64,000 bases of DNA. It comes from Nitrospirota bacterium (GTDB taxonomy: Bacteria; Nitrospirota; Nitrospiria; Nitrospirales; Nitrospiraceae). The stretch spans positions 704,001-768,000 of the forward strand of contig CAVPBK010000006.1 of assembly GCA_963701855.1 (NCBI GenBank), in the 5' to 3' direction. How positions within the stretch are numbered: position 1 is the first letter of the stretch; every line of letters starts with the position of its first letter. The notes under the pieces are model-generated. The model was not told the DNA's origin. It made no database searches and saw only the letters and a list, made by a program, of their open reading frames with translations. The position numbers were made by a program, and so were the translations under genes. Below are positions 41,002-51,595 of this stretch, piece by piece.

Positions 41002-42015
41002 TTACAGTTCTCGACCAACCGCCACCGCAATCTTTCGCATGTCCTGCATCAGTTCTTTGAATTGGCTCGGCTTAATGGATTCCTCACCGTCGCACAGCGC
41101 ACATTCAGGATTCGAGTGGACTTCGATCAAAAGACCATCCGCTCCTGCAGCCACTGCCGCTTTCGACATCGGCGCCACCAGATTCCACTTGCCTGTGGCA
41201 TGGCTAGGATCGACGATGACGGGCAAATGCGAAAGTTCTTTCAACGTCGGGACTGCAGCCAGATCGAGCGTATTGCGATATTGCGTTTCGAAGGTTCGGA
41301 TCCCCCGCTCGCACAACATGACGTTCTGATTCCCGCGGGACATGATGTATTCTGCCGACAAAAGGAATTCCTTGATCGTAGCCGAAAGTCCCCGCTTCAA
41401 CAACACCGGCTTGTCGTACGCCCCAACCTCCTTGAGGAGTTCAAAGTTCTGCATGTTGCGGGCGCCAATCTGGATGATGTCGGCTTTTTCAAGAAATAAT
41501 TCGATGTCACGGGTATCGAGTATTTCGCTGACCACCGGCAACCCGGTTTGTTTCTTCGCCGCAATCAGATAATCCAACCCTTCACGCCCCAACCCCTGAA
41601 AAGAATAGGGCGAGGTCCGTGGCTTGTAGGCGCCACCGCGCAAAATGCTCGCTCCAGCTGCCTTGACCTCATGGGCAATGCCGACCGTGATTTCAAGCCG
41701 CTCCACTGCGCAGGGTCCTGCCATGATGACCAGCTTGTTACCGCCGATTTTCACGCCGCCCACATCGATGGTCGTGCCTTCCCGCTTAAACTCCCGGCTG
41801 ACAAGCTTCCAGGGTGCGAGAATCGGCAACACGCTTTCAACGCCCGGCAAGGCCGTGAGCGGTTGATTGTGCAGAACCCGATCGTCGCCGATCACTCCAA
41901 TAATCGTCCGTTCCTGGCCGGTCGAGAGTTGTGATTTCAGTCCCAACTCGCGAAGCCGATCGATAATGTGGTCGACTTCCCGTTCGCTTGCCTCTGGTTT
42001 TAATACAATAATCAT
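41002..42015 (-). CDS. aroF: DAHP synthase (type I-beta, N-terminal regulatory domain)
   Basis: AGPCAVE, KPRTSPY, GARNMQN, DPSH. Confidence 0.95.
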   Translation of the reverse strand: MIIVLKPEASEREVDHIIDRLRELGLKSQLSTGQERTIIGVIGDDRVLHNQPLTALPGVESVLPILAPWKLVSREFKREGTTIDVGGVKIGGNKLVIMAGPCAVERLEITVGIAHEVKAAGASILRGGAYKPRTSPYSFQGLGREGLDYLIAAKKQTGLPVVSEILDTRDIELFLEKADIIQIGARNMQNFELLKEVGAYDKPVLLKRGLSATIKEFLLSAEYIMSRGNQNVMLCERGIRTFETQYRNTLDLAAVPTLKELSHLPVIVDPSHATGKWNLVAPMSKAAVAAGADGLLIEVHSNPECALCDGEESIKPSQFKELMQDMRKIAVAVGREL

Positions 42016-42033
42016 GTTGCCCTCACCATGCGC

Positions 42034-43116
42034 TCAGTGCGGATAGATTACCCGCTTGAGCGCAGCCAAGAATTCCCTGATTTCTTCTTCCGTGCCGATG
42101 GTCACTCGAACCATCGGCCCCTCAATGTGACGAACAATAATGCCCTCCCTCAGCAGGGCCTCAAACACCGCGCGGCCATCCCGCCTGACATCGACATACA
42201 CAAAATTTGCTTCGCTTGGGATCGGCTCAAACCCGAGCGATGTCAATCCCTTGACCATCTCCTCCATCCCTGCTGCATTCATCGCCCGACTCTGCGCCAC
42301 ATGTTCGTCGTCACCAAGAGCGGCAAGCGCGGCGCGTTGCGCAAGACTATTGGCGTTAAAGGGAGGACGGATTCGGTTCAAAAAATTGGTGATCTCTGGC
42401 GTCGCCACGCCGTACCCAACTCGCAATCCTGCGAGGCCATAGATTTTCGAAAACGTCCGCAGCACGATCACATTCCGCCCCTGATTCACATAAGACATGG
42501 AATCCGGAAACTGCTCGCTCCTGACATACTCGAAATAGGCTTCATCGAACACGACAACGACATGCGCGGGCACGAGTGAGAGCAGACGTTCGACCTCAGC
42601 GGCTGACACCATCGTTCCGGTCGGATTATTGGGGTTACAGAGGAACAGGAGCCTGGTCCGGTCGGTAATGGCATCCGCCATTGCCTGAAGATCGTGCCGC
42701 CACTGCTTCAGGGGAACGATGATAGGTTTTCCGTGGGCTGCCGTCACCTCCATTTTATAGATGACGAAAGTCTGATCGGCCATGACCGCTTCATCTCCCG
42801 GAGCTAAAAACGTCCGGGCGAGCAGGCCCAAGATTTCGTCCGATCCGTTTCCAAGAATAACCTGATCGGGAGTCACCTTCCAACGATCTGCCAGAGCTTC
42901 GCGCAGGCGAAACGCGCCGCCATCAGGATAGCGATGCAGGGTCGAGGTTCCCTCCCTCAACGCGTCGAGCGCCTTCGGGGAGGAGCCTAACGGATTCTCG
43001 TTGGATGCCAGTTTAATGACGCGTGTAAGACCCAATTCCCGTTGGAGTTCTTCAATCGGCTTCCCGGGAACATAGGGACTCAGCGAGGCGATATCTGGAT
43101 GGACCTTCAACGACAT
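42034..43116 (-). CDS. hisC: histidinol-phosphate aminotransferase
   Basis: KLASNENP, NPNNPTG, DEAY, RTFSKIYGLAGLRVG. Confidence 0.95.
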   Translation of the reverse strand: MSLKVHPDIASLSPYVPGKPIEELQRELGLTRVIKLASNENPLGSSPKALDALREGTSTLHRYPDGGAFRLREALADRWKVTPDQVILGNGSDEILGLLARTFLAPGDEAVMADQTFVIYKMEVTAAHGKPIIVPLKQWRHDLQAMADAITDRTRLLFLCNPNNPTGTMVSAAEVERLLSLVPAHVVVVFDEAYFEYVRSEQFPDSMSYVNQGRNVIVLRTFSKIYGLAGLRVGYGVATPEITNFLNRIRPPFNANSLAQRAALAALGDDEHVAQSRAMNAAGMEEMVKGLTSLGFEPIPSEANFVYVDVRRDGRAVFEALLREGIIVRHIEGPMVRVTIGTEEEIREFLAALKRVIYPH

Positions 43117-43120
43117 GGCG

Positions 43121-44197
43121 TCAACTGTGAGCTGGATAGGAGCCCAGCACTTTCATGAAGAGACAGCGGCCGGTGATTTCTTCAATGGCTTTCTTCACCC
43201 GCTCTTCCTCCATATGCCCTTCGATATCAACAAAAAAAATGTACTCCCAAGCTTTTCGCCTGGAAGGGCGCGACTCAATCTTGGTCATGCTCAAGCCATG
43301 AGAGGCAAACGGACGGAGAAGATCGTACAGAGCGCCGACTTTGTCTTTTACTGAGAGCATTAATGAAGTCTTGTCTTTTCCCGTACGCTCGGGCGGCTTC
43401 TGAGACAACACGAGAAAGCGAGTCACGTTGTTGATATTGTCTTCAATGCGGGCCTTGATGACCTTCAAGCCGTACAGCTGGGCCGACAACTCCGATGCAA
43501 TAGCTGCAAAAGAGGAGTTTTCCACGCACAGTTCCGCTGCCCGTGCCGTGCTCGCCGCCTCCGATACAGGCACATCAGGCAAGTTAGTTTCCAACCAGTT
43601 TCGGCACTGAGCAATGGCATGGGGATGAGAGTGGATCTGTTTCACCTCTTCCATCACGCCGGACTTTGACATCAAATGATGGGACACCTCCTGGAACACT
43701 TCCCCATAGATCAAGAGGTTCGAATCAATGAACATGTCGAGCGTGTGGTTGACCACACCTTCAGTCGTGTTTTCGATTGGGACTACGCCAAAATTGGCTC
43801 GCGCCCGCTCGACTTCACTGAACACATCCTTGATGCTATTGACCGGAATATATTGGGCGGACGACCCGAATTTCTGCATGCAGGCCATGTGGGTAAACGT
43901 TGCTCTGGGGCCGAGATAGGCCACCTTCTGAGGCCCCTCGAGAGAGAGGGAGGCGGACATGATTTCTCGATAGACTGGCCGAATCCCCTCGGATGGAAAT
44001 GGCCCGGTGTTCTGCTGTATGAGGCGCTCGATTATCGCCGCCTCCCGCGCCGCGGTATGGAGATTGGCATCCGTGTCCCGCTGTTTCTTGAGCTTGCCGA
44101 TCTCAATGACGCTTTTGGACCGTTCATTCAGCAGGCGCAAAATCTCGTCATCGATGCGATCGATCACTTTCCGATACTCGGAAAAGTCTCCGGACAT
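43121..44197 (-). CDS. pheA: chorismate mutase/prephenate dehydratase
   Basis: N-terminal CM (RKVIDRID), VPIENTTEG, TRF, ACT-domain IESRP. Confidence 0.96.
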   Translation of the reverse strand: MSGDFSEYRKVIDRIDDEILRLLNERSKSVIEIGKLKKQRDTDANLHTAAREAAIIERLIQQNTGPFPSEGIRPVYREIMSASLSLEGPQKVAYLGPRATFTHMACMQKFGSSAQYIPVNSIKDVFSEVERARANFGVVPIENTTEGVVNHTLDMFIDSNLLIYGEVFQEVSHHLMSKSGVMEEVKQIHSHPHAIAQCRNWLETNLPDVPVSEAASTARAAELCVENSSFAAIASELSAQLYGLKVIKARIEDNINNVTRFLVLSQKPPERTGKDKTSLMLSVKDKVGALYDLLRPFASHGLSMTKIESRPSRRKAWEYIFFVDIEGHMEEERVKKAIEEITGRCLFMKVLGSYPAHS

Positions 44198-44378
44198 AGC
44201 TAACCCCCTCTTCCCAGCCCAGTGAGGCGGGCACCCGTCCGTCGGCTGGAATGGCACAAGCTAAGTGGGAAATGATACAGGAACTATTCCTGGCAATGCA
44301 AGGAGACCCCCGACGTTTCAAGAGCTTGAGTGAAGATCCCCATCCCCTTGCGCTACCATCAGACCGGGGCCAGTTGTA

Positions 44379-45386
44379 TCACGAAAAAAGGAGGGAGGTC
44401 GGCCTCTTGAAATGATCAAAAGCCAGCTTCGTAACTTGGCGGCCACGGCCAGTTCGTTCGAGGAAGCCGGCCTGAATCAGATAGGGCTCATGAACATCTT
44501 CGAGGGTGCCTCTATCTTCCTGGACTGCGGCCGCCAAGGACTCCACCCCGACCGGCCCTCCAGCGAACTTGTCGATGATAGTCAGAAGAATCTGACGATC
44601 CATCTCATCAAACCCCGCCGTATCGACACCCAGCCATGCAAGCGCATCCTGGGCTACAACCTGGCTGACTCGCCCCTCCGCCTTCACTTGGGCATAGTCG
44701 CGCACCCGTTTGATAAGCCGGTTGACGATGCGAGGGGTTCCTCTAGCGCGACCGGCAATTTCTTTGGCTCCCTCGGAGTCAATCGGGATCCCAAGCACAC
44801 CCGCCGAGCGTGTCACGATGGTCTGCAGATCTGCTGGAGAATAGAACTCCAAGCGGTGAACGAGGCCAAATCGGTCCCGAAGTGGGGAGGTCAGAGCTCC
44901 GGCCCTGGTCGTGGCCCCGACCAACGTAAACCGAGGAAGATCCAATTTCACCGTTCTCGCTGCAGGCCCCTGGCCGATCACGAGATCGAGCTGGTAGTCC
45001 TCCATCGCTGGATAGAGCGCCTCTTCGACAGAAGCAGGGAGTCGGTGAATCTCATCGATAAATAAGACGTCGTGTTCTTGAAGGTTGGTCAGAATAGCGG
45101 CTAAATCGCCCGCATGGGCCAATACGAGACCGGAGGTCGAGCGGAGCGCAGCCCCCATCTCACGAGCAATGATATGAGCAATGGTGGTCTTTCCCAACCC
45201 GGGAGGGCCATAAAAGATCGTGTGATCGAGCGCTTCGTTCCGCTGCTTCGCAGCCTCGATACAGATCCGCAGGGACTCCTTCATCCGCTCCTGGCCGACG
45301 TACTCCTCCAAGGTCTGCGGACGTAGCACCGTCTCGATACTTCGCTCTTCGTCCGTAATCTGCGTGCTGATAACTCGCTCGGCCAT
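44379..45386 (-). CDS. ruvB: Holliday junction branch migration helicase
   Basis: [21 protein letters not shown]. Confidence 0.98.
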   Translation of the reverse strand: MAERVISTQITDEERSIETVLRPQTLEEYVGQERMKESLRICIEAAKQRNEALDHTIFYGPPGLGKTTIAHIIAREMGAALRSTSGLVLAHAGDLAAILTNLQEHDVLFIDEIHRLPASVEEALYPAMEDYQLDLVIGQGPAARTVKLDLPRFTLVGATTRAGALTSPLRDRFGLVHRLEFYSPADLQTIVTRSAGVLGIPIDSEGAKEIAGRARGTPRIVNRLIKRVRDYAQVKAEGRVSQVVAQDALAWLGVDTAGFDEMDRQILLTIIDKFAGGPVGVESLAAAVQEDRGTLEDVHEPYLIQAGFLERTGRGRQVTKLAFDHFKRPTSLLFS

Positions 45387-45408
45387 CGTGAGGGAACCTC
45401 TCTCGCTT

Positions 45409-45595
45409 TAGGAGCCTGTCCGACATTGACCGTTCTACTGCGGCGAACGATCCGCAACCTCCTGCATCGTTCTCGGTCAGAAAAATCCTCAATGTATTCC
45501 AGCGAATACACCTCCGGTTTTTTTCTGGCCTGCGGCCTTGCATCTGGCCGCGCCTCCTTCGCCTCGTCACGAAGGCAATATCGGACAGGCTCCTA
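45409..45595. mobile_element. MITE-like element, 187 bp
   Basis: 19/20 terminal inverted repeat TAGGAGCCTGTCCGAYATTG; internal core is the reverse complement of the 120-bp palindromic repeat family. Confidence 0.8.
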
Positions 45596-45596
45596 C

Positions 45597-46085
45597 TTAT
45601 TTCTTCTCCGGCGTTGGGAGGTACTTGGGTGGAGGCGGCAAAGCACCCTGCCCAGGCGTTGCTGTGCTCCCGCAATCCGGCGGGCAAGTCTTACCGCCTT
45701 GGGTTGGATCGGGAAGGTTCAGCTCCATCTTCTCCAGCTGACATTGCGTGACCCGCCCTCCATCTTTATTTCCGCAGCGAGACGGCACAGAAGAGTTGCC
45801 GATTTCACGATAGCCCTCGGGGCAGGAACCGCAGACGGACAGCAGATTCGCCCCCAGAGGGACACACTGAACGAGCGTGGGATCGCCGTCCTTGCACATC
45901 TCTTTGGACTCAGTCACGTTCGTGGTCGCATAGCCTTCAGGACATTGACCGCACATCTTGCGAATGCTTTTTGGCTCGCTCGAGTCTTCGGCTTGTACGG
46001 GCATAGCCCCTAGCGCCAATAGGAGCATCACAAGTCCGATGGACCATTGAGTCTGGACCATTCGTTGAATCTGTCTCGTCATCAT
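45597..46085 (-). CDS. cysteine-rich exported protein
   Basis: Signal peptide (VQA), 10 Cys, two CGxCPEGY repeats, Pro-rich tail. Confidence 0.8.
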   Translation of the reverse strand: MMTRQIQRMVQTQWSIGLVMLLLALGAMPVQAEDSSEPKSIRKMCGQCPEGYATTNVTESKEMCKDGDPTLVQCVPLGANLLSVCGSCPEGYREIGNSSVPSRCGNKDGGRVTQCQLEKMELNLPDPTQGGKTCPPDCGSTATPGQGALPPPPKYLPTPEKK

Positions 46086-46087
46086 CC

Positions 46088-46696
46088 TTACCCCCTTGCA
46101 AGTTCCTTTAGCGATTCACGAATCATATCTTTGAGTACGATGGGCTCGGCATTGGACCTCTTCACTTGTTTCAACGCGTCTTTGGCATCTTGCGGACGAT
46201 AACCCAAATTCACGAGTGCTGACAGCGCATCGTCGAAGACCGCATCTTGCCCCTGCCTGGGTAAATCCCTTGCCTGCGCGAGGCCAGGATTGAGTTTTCC
46301 AACTTTATCCTTGAGTTCCAACACGAGACGGCTGGCCGACTTGTTACCAATTCCTGGAACCGTCGTCAGCTTCTCGACATCTCCCGACTGAATTGCTGAA
46401 ACCAGGTTGGACACCGGAAGAGCCGACAGCACACTCAGCGCCAGCTTTGGTCCGACGCCGGATACGCTCGTCAGCAATACGAATGCTTCTTTTTCCTGCG
46501 ACGTCAGAAAACCGAAGAGCTGAATCGCGTCTTCGCGAACGTGGGTATGCACACTCAGCGAGGTGCTTTCACTGAGATTGGGCAACCCGTAATAGGTGCT
46601 GAGGGGAATACACACTTCGTATCCGACCCCATGCACGTCGAGGATCAGATAGGTCGGCGCCTTGAAGGCCAATCGGCCTGTCAATGAGGCGATCAT
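46088..46696 (-). CDS. ruvA: Holliday junction branch migration protein
   Basis: GVGYEV, HVREDA, SGVGPKLA, VPGIG, ALVNLGY. Confidence 0.97.
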   Translation of the reverse strand: MIASLTGRLAFKAPTYLILDVHGVGYEVCIPLSTYYGLPNLSESTSLSVHTHVREDAIQLFGFLTSQEKEAFVLLTSVSGVGPKLALSVLSALPVSNLVSAIQSGDVEKLTTVPGIGNKSASRLVLELKDKVGKLNPGLAQARDLPRQGQDAVFDDALSALVNLGYRPQDAKDALKQVKRSNAEPIVLKDMIRESLKELARG

Positions 46697-46754
46697 GCGG
46701 TCTCATGCCATCAGCTGGCGACGTAACGTGCAGACAGCGCTGCTGCTGCACACT

Positions 46755-47513
46755 TCATCCAGCGGCGGCCACTTTCTCCATCACCTCGTCGGAAATATCG
46801 AAATTCGCGTGAATCTTCTGCACATCGTCATGCTCGTCCAACACTTCCATCAACTTGAGCATTTGTTCGGCTGCCTTTTCCTCTAGCCTGATCGTGTTCT
46901 GCGGAACAGCTGTGACCTCCGCAAGTACCGTGTCGATCTTCGCATCGGCGAGGGCTTTCTTCACAGCTTCAAACTGGTGCGGGTCCGTGATGACCTCAAA
47001 ACTTTTCTCCCCCACCTTCACGTCCTCCGCTCCTGCATCCAGCGCGAGGGACAGCAGCGTATCTTCGTCAACTCTACCCTTCTCAATCGTCAGCAATCCC
47101 TTCTTGTGAAACTGCCAGGAGACAGCGCCGGCTTCCGCCATGTTGCCGTGATTCTTCGTGAGGAGATTTCGTAGCTCGGCAACAGTGCGGTTGCGGTTAT
47201 CGCTCGTGATTTCCATCAAGATGCCGGTCCCGCCGGGCCCGTACGCTTCCAAACTGAACTCCTCATACACCAAGCCGGGCAATTCTCCCGTGCCGCGCTG
47301 AATGGCTTTTTTCAGCGTATCGCCAGGCATGTTGGCCTCTTTGGCCTTCAAGATGGCCAGCCGGAGCCGTGGATTACCGTCTGGATCTGCGCCTGAGCGA
47401 GCCGCAATCGCTACTTCACGGATAATTCTGGTAAAAATCTTCCCGCGCTTGACGTCCTGAGCGCCTTTATGCCGCTTAACTGTTGCCCAATGGCTATGCC
47501 CACCCATGCTCAC
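46755..47513 (-). CDS. yebC: YebC/PmpR family protein
   Basis: GHSHWATVK, NPRLR, TSDNRNRT, DDVQ. Confidence 0.95.
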   Translation of the reverse strand: MSMGGHSHWATVKRHKGAQDVKRGKIFTRIIREVAIAARSGADPDGNPRLRLAILKAKEANMPGDTLKKAIQRGTGELPGLVYEEFSLEAYGPGGTGILMEITSDNRNRTVAELRNLLTKNHGNMAEAGAVSWQFHKKGLLTIEKGRVDEDTLLSLALDAGAEDVKVGEKSFEVITDPHQFEAVKKALADAKIDTVLAEVTAVPQNTIRLEEKAAEQMLKLMEVLDEHDDVQKIHANFDISDEVMEKVAAAG

Positions 47514-47638
47514 CCCATGCAGCCGAACTCAGGACAACCGACTGCGCAAAAACATATTGTCGATCGAAAAGAGTTCGTACTCGTAGCACAGGGTTTGGAA
47601 AGGTGTCAATTACACTGGGGAGCATTCTGCAGGCACAG

Positions 47639-48484
47639 TTACTCTGAATATATCAGCAACTGTATCCCGATGAGCAGAATCAAGCCGGCCCAGGGCAATT
47701 CCCACTTGGAAGACCCTATGTTCGACGGGGAACGGAACCAATCAGCCAGCAGTTTGGACGAACCAGCTGTCACCGCCATGGTGCCCATAATCGCGTGGTC
47801 CATTGCAATCTGATGGGCTGAAGGATGGTCGCCGTGGGAATGGGCAAACAACATCAGCCCCCCGATGATGGCAAACAGAGGTAACGGTGCGGCCCAAACC
47901 GCATGACGGATCTGTCCAAACCTGCGGAGCAGTTCGGTGATACCAACCGTCAACGACAAGAGCCCGTAACTCTTATGTTGAATGATCTCCGAGTCGCTAC
48001 CGAAGAAGGTCTGCACAAAGCTGAGCGATCCGATCGGCCACGCATTATGGTCGCTCCAGACAAGTAGGAAAGAGCCCGCTGCGAGCAAGGCTCCGGGCAG
48101 AAAAAACCTGGTCCAAGCCCAGTATGGGATGGCCAGTGCCTGGCGCAGTTCACTGAGTCCAATGATGAGTATCAAGATGCCGCTGAGGTGATGATTGAAT
48201 TCAGAATAGGCAATGCCTGCGATGGACCCTTCCCAGCCGGCTGGGGAATCAACAACACCATGATGTCCGTGGTCAGTTATGACCTCTTCATCCACCGATC
48301 TCTGATCATGTCCACTATGCTGCGCCCATAGTGGCAGGCCTGACAAGAGCAGGCTGAGCAGAATGACGAACCCCACCCAGCAACTCCGGTGCGATCCGTG
48401 CCATATAATACCGCCATCACGACTGTTGCGTAATAGAAGAAAGGCCCGTCCAGCTAACTGGACAGGCCTCTGTACCATCCTCAT
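47639..48484 (-). CDS. His-rich multi-TM membrane protein (possible metal/heme binding)
   Basis: DHGHH, EFNHH, IQHK, HSHGDH; about 6-7 TM segments; start uncertain. Confidence 0.7.
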   Translation of the reverse strand: MRMVQRPVQLAGRAFLLLRNSRDGGIIWHGSHRSCWVGFVILLSLLLSGLPLWAQHSGHDQRSVDEEVITDHGHHGVVDSPAGWEGSIAGIAYSEFNHHLSGILILIIGLSELRQALAIPYWAWTRFFLPGALLAAGSFLLVWSDHNAWPIGSLSFVQTFFGSDSEIIQHKSYGLLSLTVGITELLRRFGQIRHAVWAAPLPLFAIIGGLMLFAHSHGDHPSAHQIAMDHAIMGTMAVTAGSSKLLADWFRSPSNIGSSKWELPWAGLILLIGIQLLIYSE

Positions 48485-48508
48485 TATGTATATTTTCGCC
48501 TTACCCGC

Positions 48509-49268
48509 TTACATGAACTTCATAAACTTATCTTTTGTCTCGTCCATCACTTGAGCCGTAATGGTCGCCAGTCCACGTTCCTTCGCCACCCGCTCAACTT
48601 CTTTTCGAGCCATGGGACGGATAAAGTCCGGGATATTTTCAAGCCGCTTTTCAGCTTCCGGCGTCCAGGCGATCCCATTGCTCGAATCGTTCTTGGAATC
48701 GTCCATCACTTGCAGGGTGATCGTCTTGTAGCCCTGCTTGCGAGCAAAGGCCTCCACACTGCTCTGCACCATCGGCTTCACGAACGAGGGAAGGCGGTCG
48801 AGTTTTTCCTTCGCATCGGCCGACCAGGCAAACTCTGAGATCGTCGGTCCAGCATCGCCGGGCTTACCGCCTGAGCGTGAATCCCATTTCAGCCACCATC
48901 GCAGAGAAGGGGCAGCCGCCGCCGGACTTCTCTCCAGGCTTGGCTGCCGGTGCAGCCGTCGCTGCGGCGACCGCCGGCTGACCACCTTGGATCTTCTCGT
49001 TCAAATACGCCGCCATCTGACCAGCGCCTGCGGCTGCTTCGTCTTTCAGCGTACCCCGCGTCATCTCAAAAGGCTCGGCCTCAACAGTACGCCCACCCAG
49101 CTTCACCCCGAGAGAACTGACCATCTGGGTTTCACCTGGATTCGTCACCATCGAGAACTTGGCATTGCAAGACGGACAGCCGAAGAACACGCCGAGCGTG
49201 CCCTCCCCTGGCTTCTCCACCTTCTCAAAGTTCATGTAGGTTTCACAGTTGAGGCACACAAATTTCAT
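48509..49268 (-). CDS. zinc-ribbon plus two PCP_red-like domains (apparent +1 frameshift near 48875)
   Basis: CLNC/CPSC N-terminus and GGCPF in ORF 48864-49313; two W[ST]xxA...PxF repeats in ORF 48509-48985; one extra base joins them. Confidence 0.8.
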
Positions 49269-49360
49269 GGCGTCTCCTCTTTGCTGGCTACGGAAAAACT
49301 CGTTTATACACAATACATCTTTGGAATCTTACATTATGGTGATGATGCCAGAATACCCTG

Positions 49361-49480
49361 AGGATGCTCAAAAAGTCCGTCCAGCAAGGCCGCAGCGAGC
49401 GAAGAGGCGAGGCGTACGCTTCGGTACGTTGAGCCTCTGAGCGATGCGAGAACGATGCTGGTGGACTTTTTCAGCATCCT
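49361..49480. repeat. palindromic MITE/REP-like repeat, copy 1
   Basis: AGGATGCTCAAAAAG...CTTTTTCAGCATCCT termini; core GCAAGGCCGCAGCGAG...GAGGCGTAC..GTACGTTGAG...GCGAGAACG. Confidence 0.9.
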
Positions 49481-49495
49481 GTTAGGTACGTGACA

Positions 49496-50418
49496 TCATA
49501 GCTTGTCGGCCAGCACCTTCTTGTAATCGATGAGCGTCCTGATGCGCCCGGCAATTTCCTGGTACCGTTGAATCGTCGGGTACGTGTCGTCGAGCAATGG
49601 CTCTCCCTTGTCGAACGTGCGCGCGAGTTTCCGGTCGAATGGAATCCGTCCGAGCAACGGCAAGTCCAGCATCTCGCACATCGCCTCGGTGTTGCCTTCG
49701 AATAACTCGTTCACTTCACCACAAGAAGGACAGCGATACTCGCTCATATTTTCGACCATGCCCATGACCTTGATACCTATATCGCGGGCATAGGTGACCG
49801 ACTTCTGCACCACATCCGATGCCACCTCTGATGGCGTCGTGACGACAATCGCTCCTGCCAGGTCAGGAATAAACCCGGCAATGACCGGCGGCTTGTCCGC
49901 CGCGGCCCCCGGAGGGAGATCGACCAGCAGATAATCGAGCTCACCCCAGACGACATCGGCCAAGAACTCTCGAATGACATTCATTTCCATCAGCCCCAAC
50001 CACACCGGGCTGACATCCATCGGCCCTTTCCAGCGAACCGGCGACGCATCGTCCAGGAAGAAATCCATCGACGCGACTTTCACCCCGAGCGGTCCGACCG
50101 GAGGGAATCGCCCCCTCAGGCCTCATCGTCAACGACTGGCCGTGCATGCCCAACATGCGAGGCACGCAAGGTCCGTTCAGGTCCACGTCCAAGAGTCCGA
50201 CCTTCGCGCCCTGCCGAGCAAAGGCCAACGCCAAGTTGACCGTGGTCATGCTCTTACCCACGCCGCCTTTTCCGCTCATGACCACCAGCTTGTGCTTGAT
50301 GCCGGCCATGCGAGCATGAACCAGTTTGGTATTTTCCGAGATCTGTGCGAGCACTTTGGCGTCGTCTGAGTACTTCAAATTTGCCAAGAATGGCCTTCAG
50401 ATCTTTTTCAACCGCCAT
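49496..50418 (-). CDS. Mrp/NBP35 (ApbC) family P-loop ATPase (two apparent +1 frameshifts)
   Basis: [31 protein letters not shown]; extra bases near 50389 and 50104; GAGG RBS before ATG 50418. Confidence 0.9.
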
Positions 50419-50529
50419 AACGGAAACCTCTCGCTAACTATACGAATACACAGAGGATGACCGTAACACAGGGATTTCCGGGGAGTCAAACTCCATACAT
50501 CCAGTCCGCCAGATGGCGCATATTCCGAT

Positions 50530-50596
50530 GCCTAACGTTTGAGGTGAGCCGCAGCGCCACCCTGACGGCGACGTCGACTGGAGCGATTTGTTATGT
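50530..50596 (-). mobile_element. attC site 2 (slightly degenerate)
   Basis: ACATAAC-AAATC-GCTCCAG...CTCACC-TCAAAC-GTTAGGC, 67 bp, 24 bp after the cassette gene stop. Confidence 0.82.
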
Positions 50597-50620
50597 TCAC
50601 ACATGAAATTCACTCCTTCC

Positions 50621-51499
50621 TTACACCCGAAGTGGTATCTCAGATGTAAGCACTTCAATATCTCCATATCCATGCTCGGAGAGCATAAGCTCAAGTGATC
50701 GAGTCTCAGAATCGGGATCTCTACATGGACCGATCATGATTGATTGTATGGGAAGCTTTCCTTTCTGAAGGAATCCGATCTCGACGTATGGAGTCAGACC
50801 AAATCGTCCCATTCGGTACTTTGCGTCCAGCGAGAGAGTTGAAGTGGCAGGCTGGTAGATCTGTCGGTATTCGTTCTCCTCTTCAAAGGCGGAATGCTTG
50901 ATGATACAGGCTACGTTGTTGAAGATGCCCTCCAACATCCCCATGAGATAACCAACCTCAACTTCCCCAAAGTCCTGGTCGCCAAGATATTTGTTAACGC
51001 GTGCTAACAACAGTGAAAGAACCGATTCGGCAGTAGTCTTGGAGTAGATAACCTTCTCTAGCAGAGGCATTCGACCATCTATCGTGGCCATCTCGCTTGT
51101 CTTGAGCCCAATACAGTAGCCAGTTCCTGTCCCGGAGTACGCGCGCCATTGGCTAAGCACATCTGCGGTGGCAGAGTAGCATGCGATAAAGGTATCGACA
51201 GATCGGAGCTGAGAGATTGCTTTGTTGATAATTGCTTTAGATGCTCGTTGAAGGTTAGCTCCAATAAAGTTTGTGACAAAAGATACGCCTATTTCGTACT
51301 CCATTGCGTCGTTTAGACGAGACACATGCGTCGCCCAAATTCGCCCGGAGGCAATCATGCCGATTAGTGCGCGTACATCCGTGTAATGATATATGACCTT
51401 CGGTGGGTTCTCAGAAATCAACTTGGCGAGCTCTTGTCGGACCGATTCCGACCATTCATTCATGATCGCAATTCGGCCTTCGTACTCAGCGTGATCCAT
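50621..51499 (-). CDS. DUF2971-like protein (integron cassette gene)
   Basis: IYHYT, LNDAME, LSQWRAY, KHSAFEEENEYR, IMIGP. Confidence 0.85.
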   Translation of the reverse strand: MDHAEYEGRIAIMNEWSESVRQELAKLISENPPKVIYHYTDVRALIGMIASGRIWATHVSRLNDAMEYEIGVSFVTNFIGANLQRASKAIINKAISQLRSVDTFIACYSATADVLSQWRAYSGTGTGYCIGLKTSEMATIDGRMPLLEKVIYSKTTAESVLSLLLARVNKYLGDQDFGEVEVGYLMGMLEGIFNNVACIIKHSAFEEENEYRQIYQPATSTLSLDAKYRMGRFGLTPYVEIGFLQKGKLPIQSIMIGPCRDPDSETRSLELMLSEHGYGDIEVLTSEIPLRV

Positions 51500-51523
51500 C
51501 GCTACGTAGCTCGCCCAAAGTGA

Positions 51524-51595
51524 ACATAACGTCGTCGCTCACCGGCGCCGAGGCGCGCTAGCGCCGAAGGCGTCCGGTGCAGCGGCTGGTTAGCT
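51524..51595 (-). mobile_element. attC site 1
   Basis: AGCTAAC-CAGCC-GCT(G)CACCGG(A)CGCC...GGCGCCGGTGAGC-GACGAC-GTTATGT, 72 bp, 5/6-nt spacers and two extrahelical bases. Confidence 0.93.
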
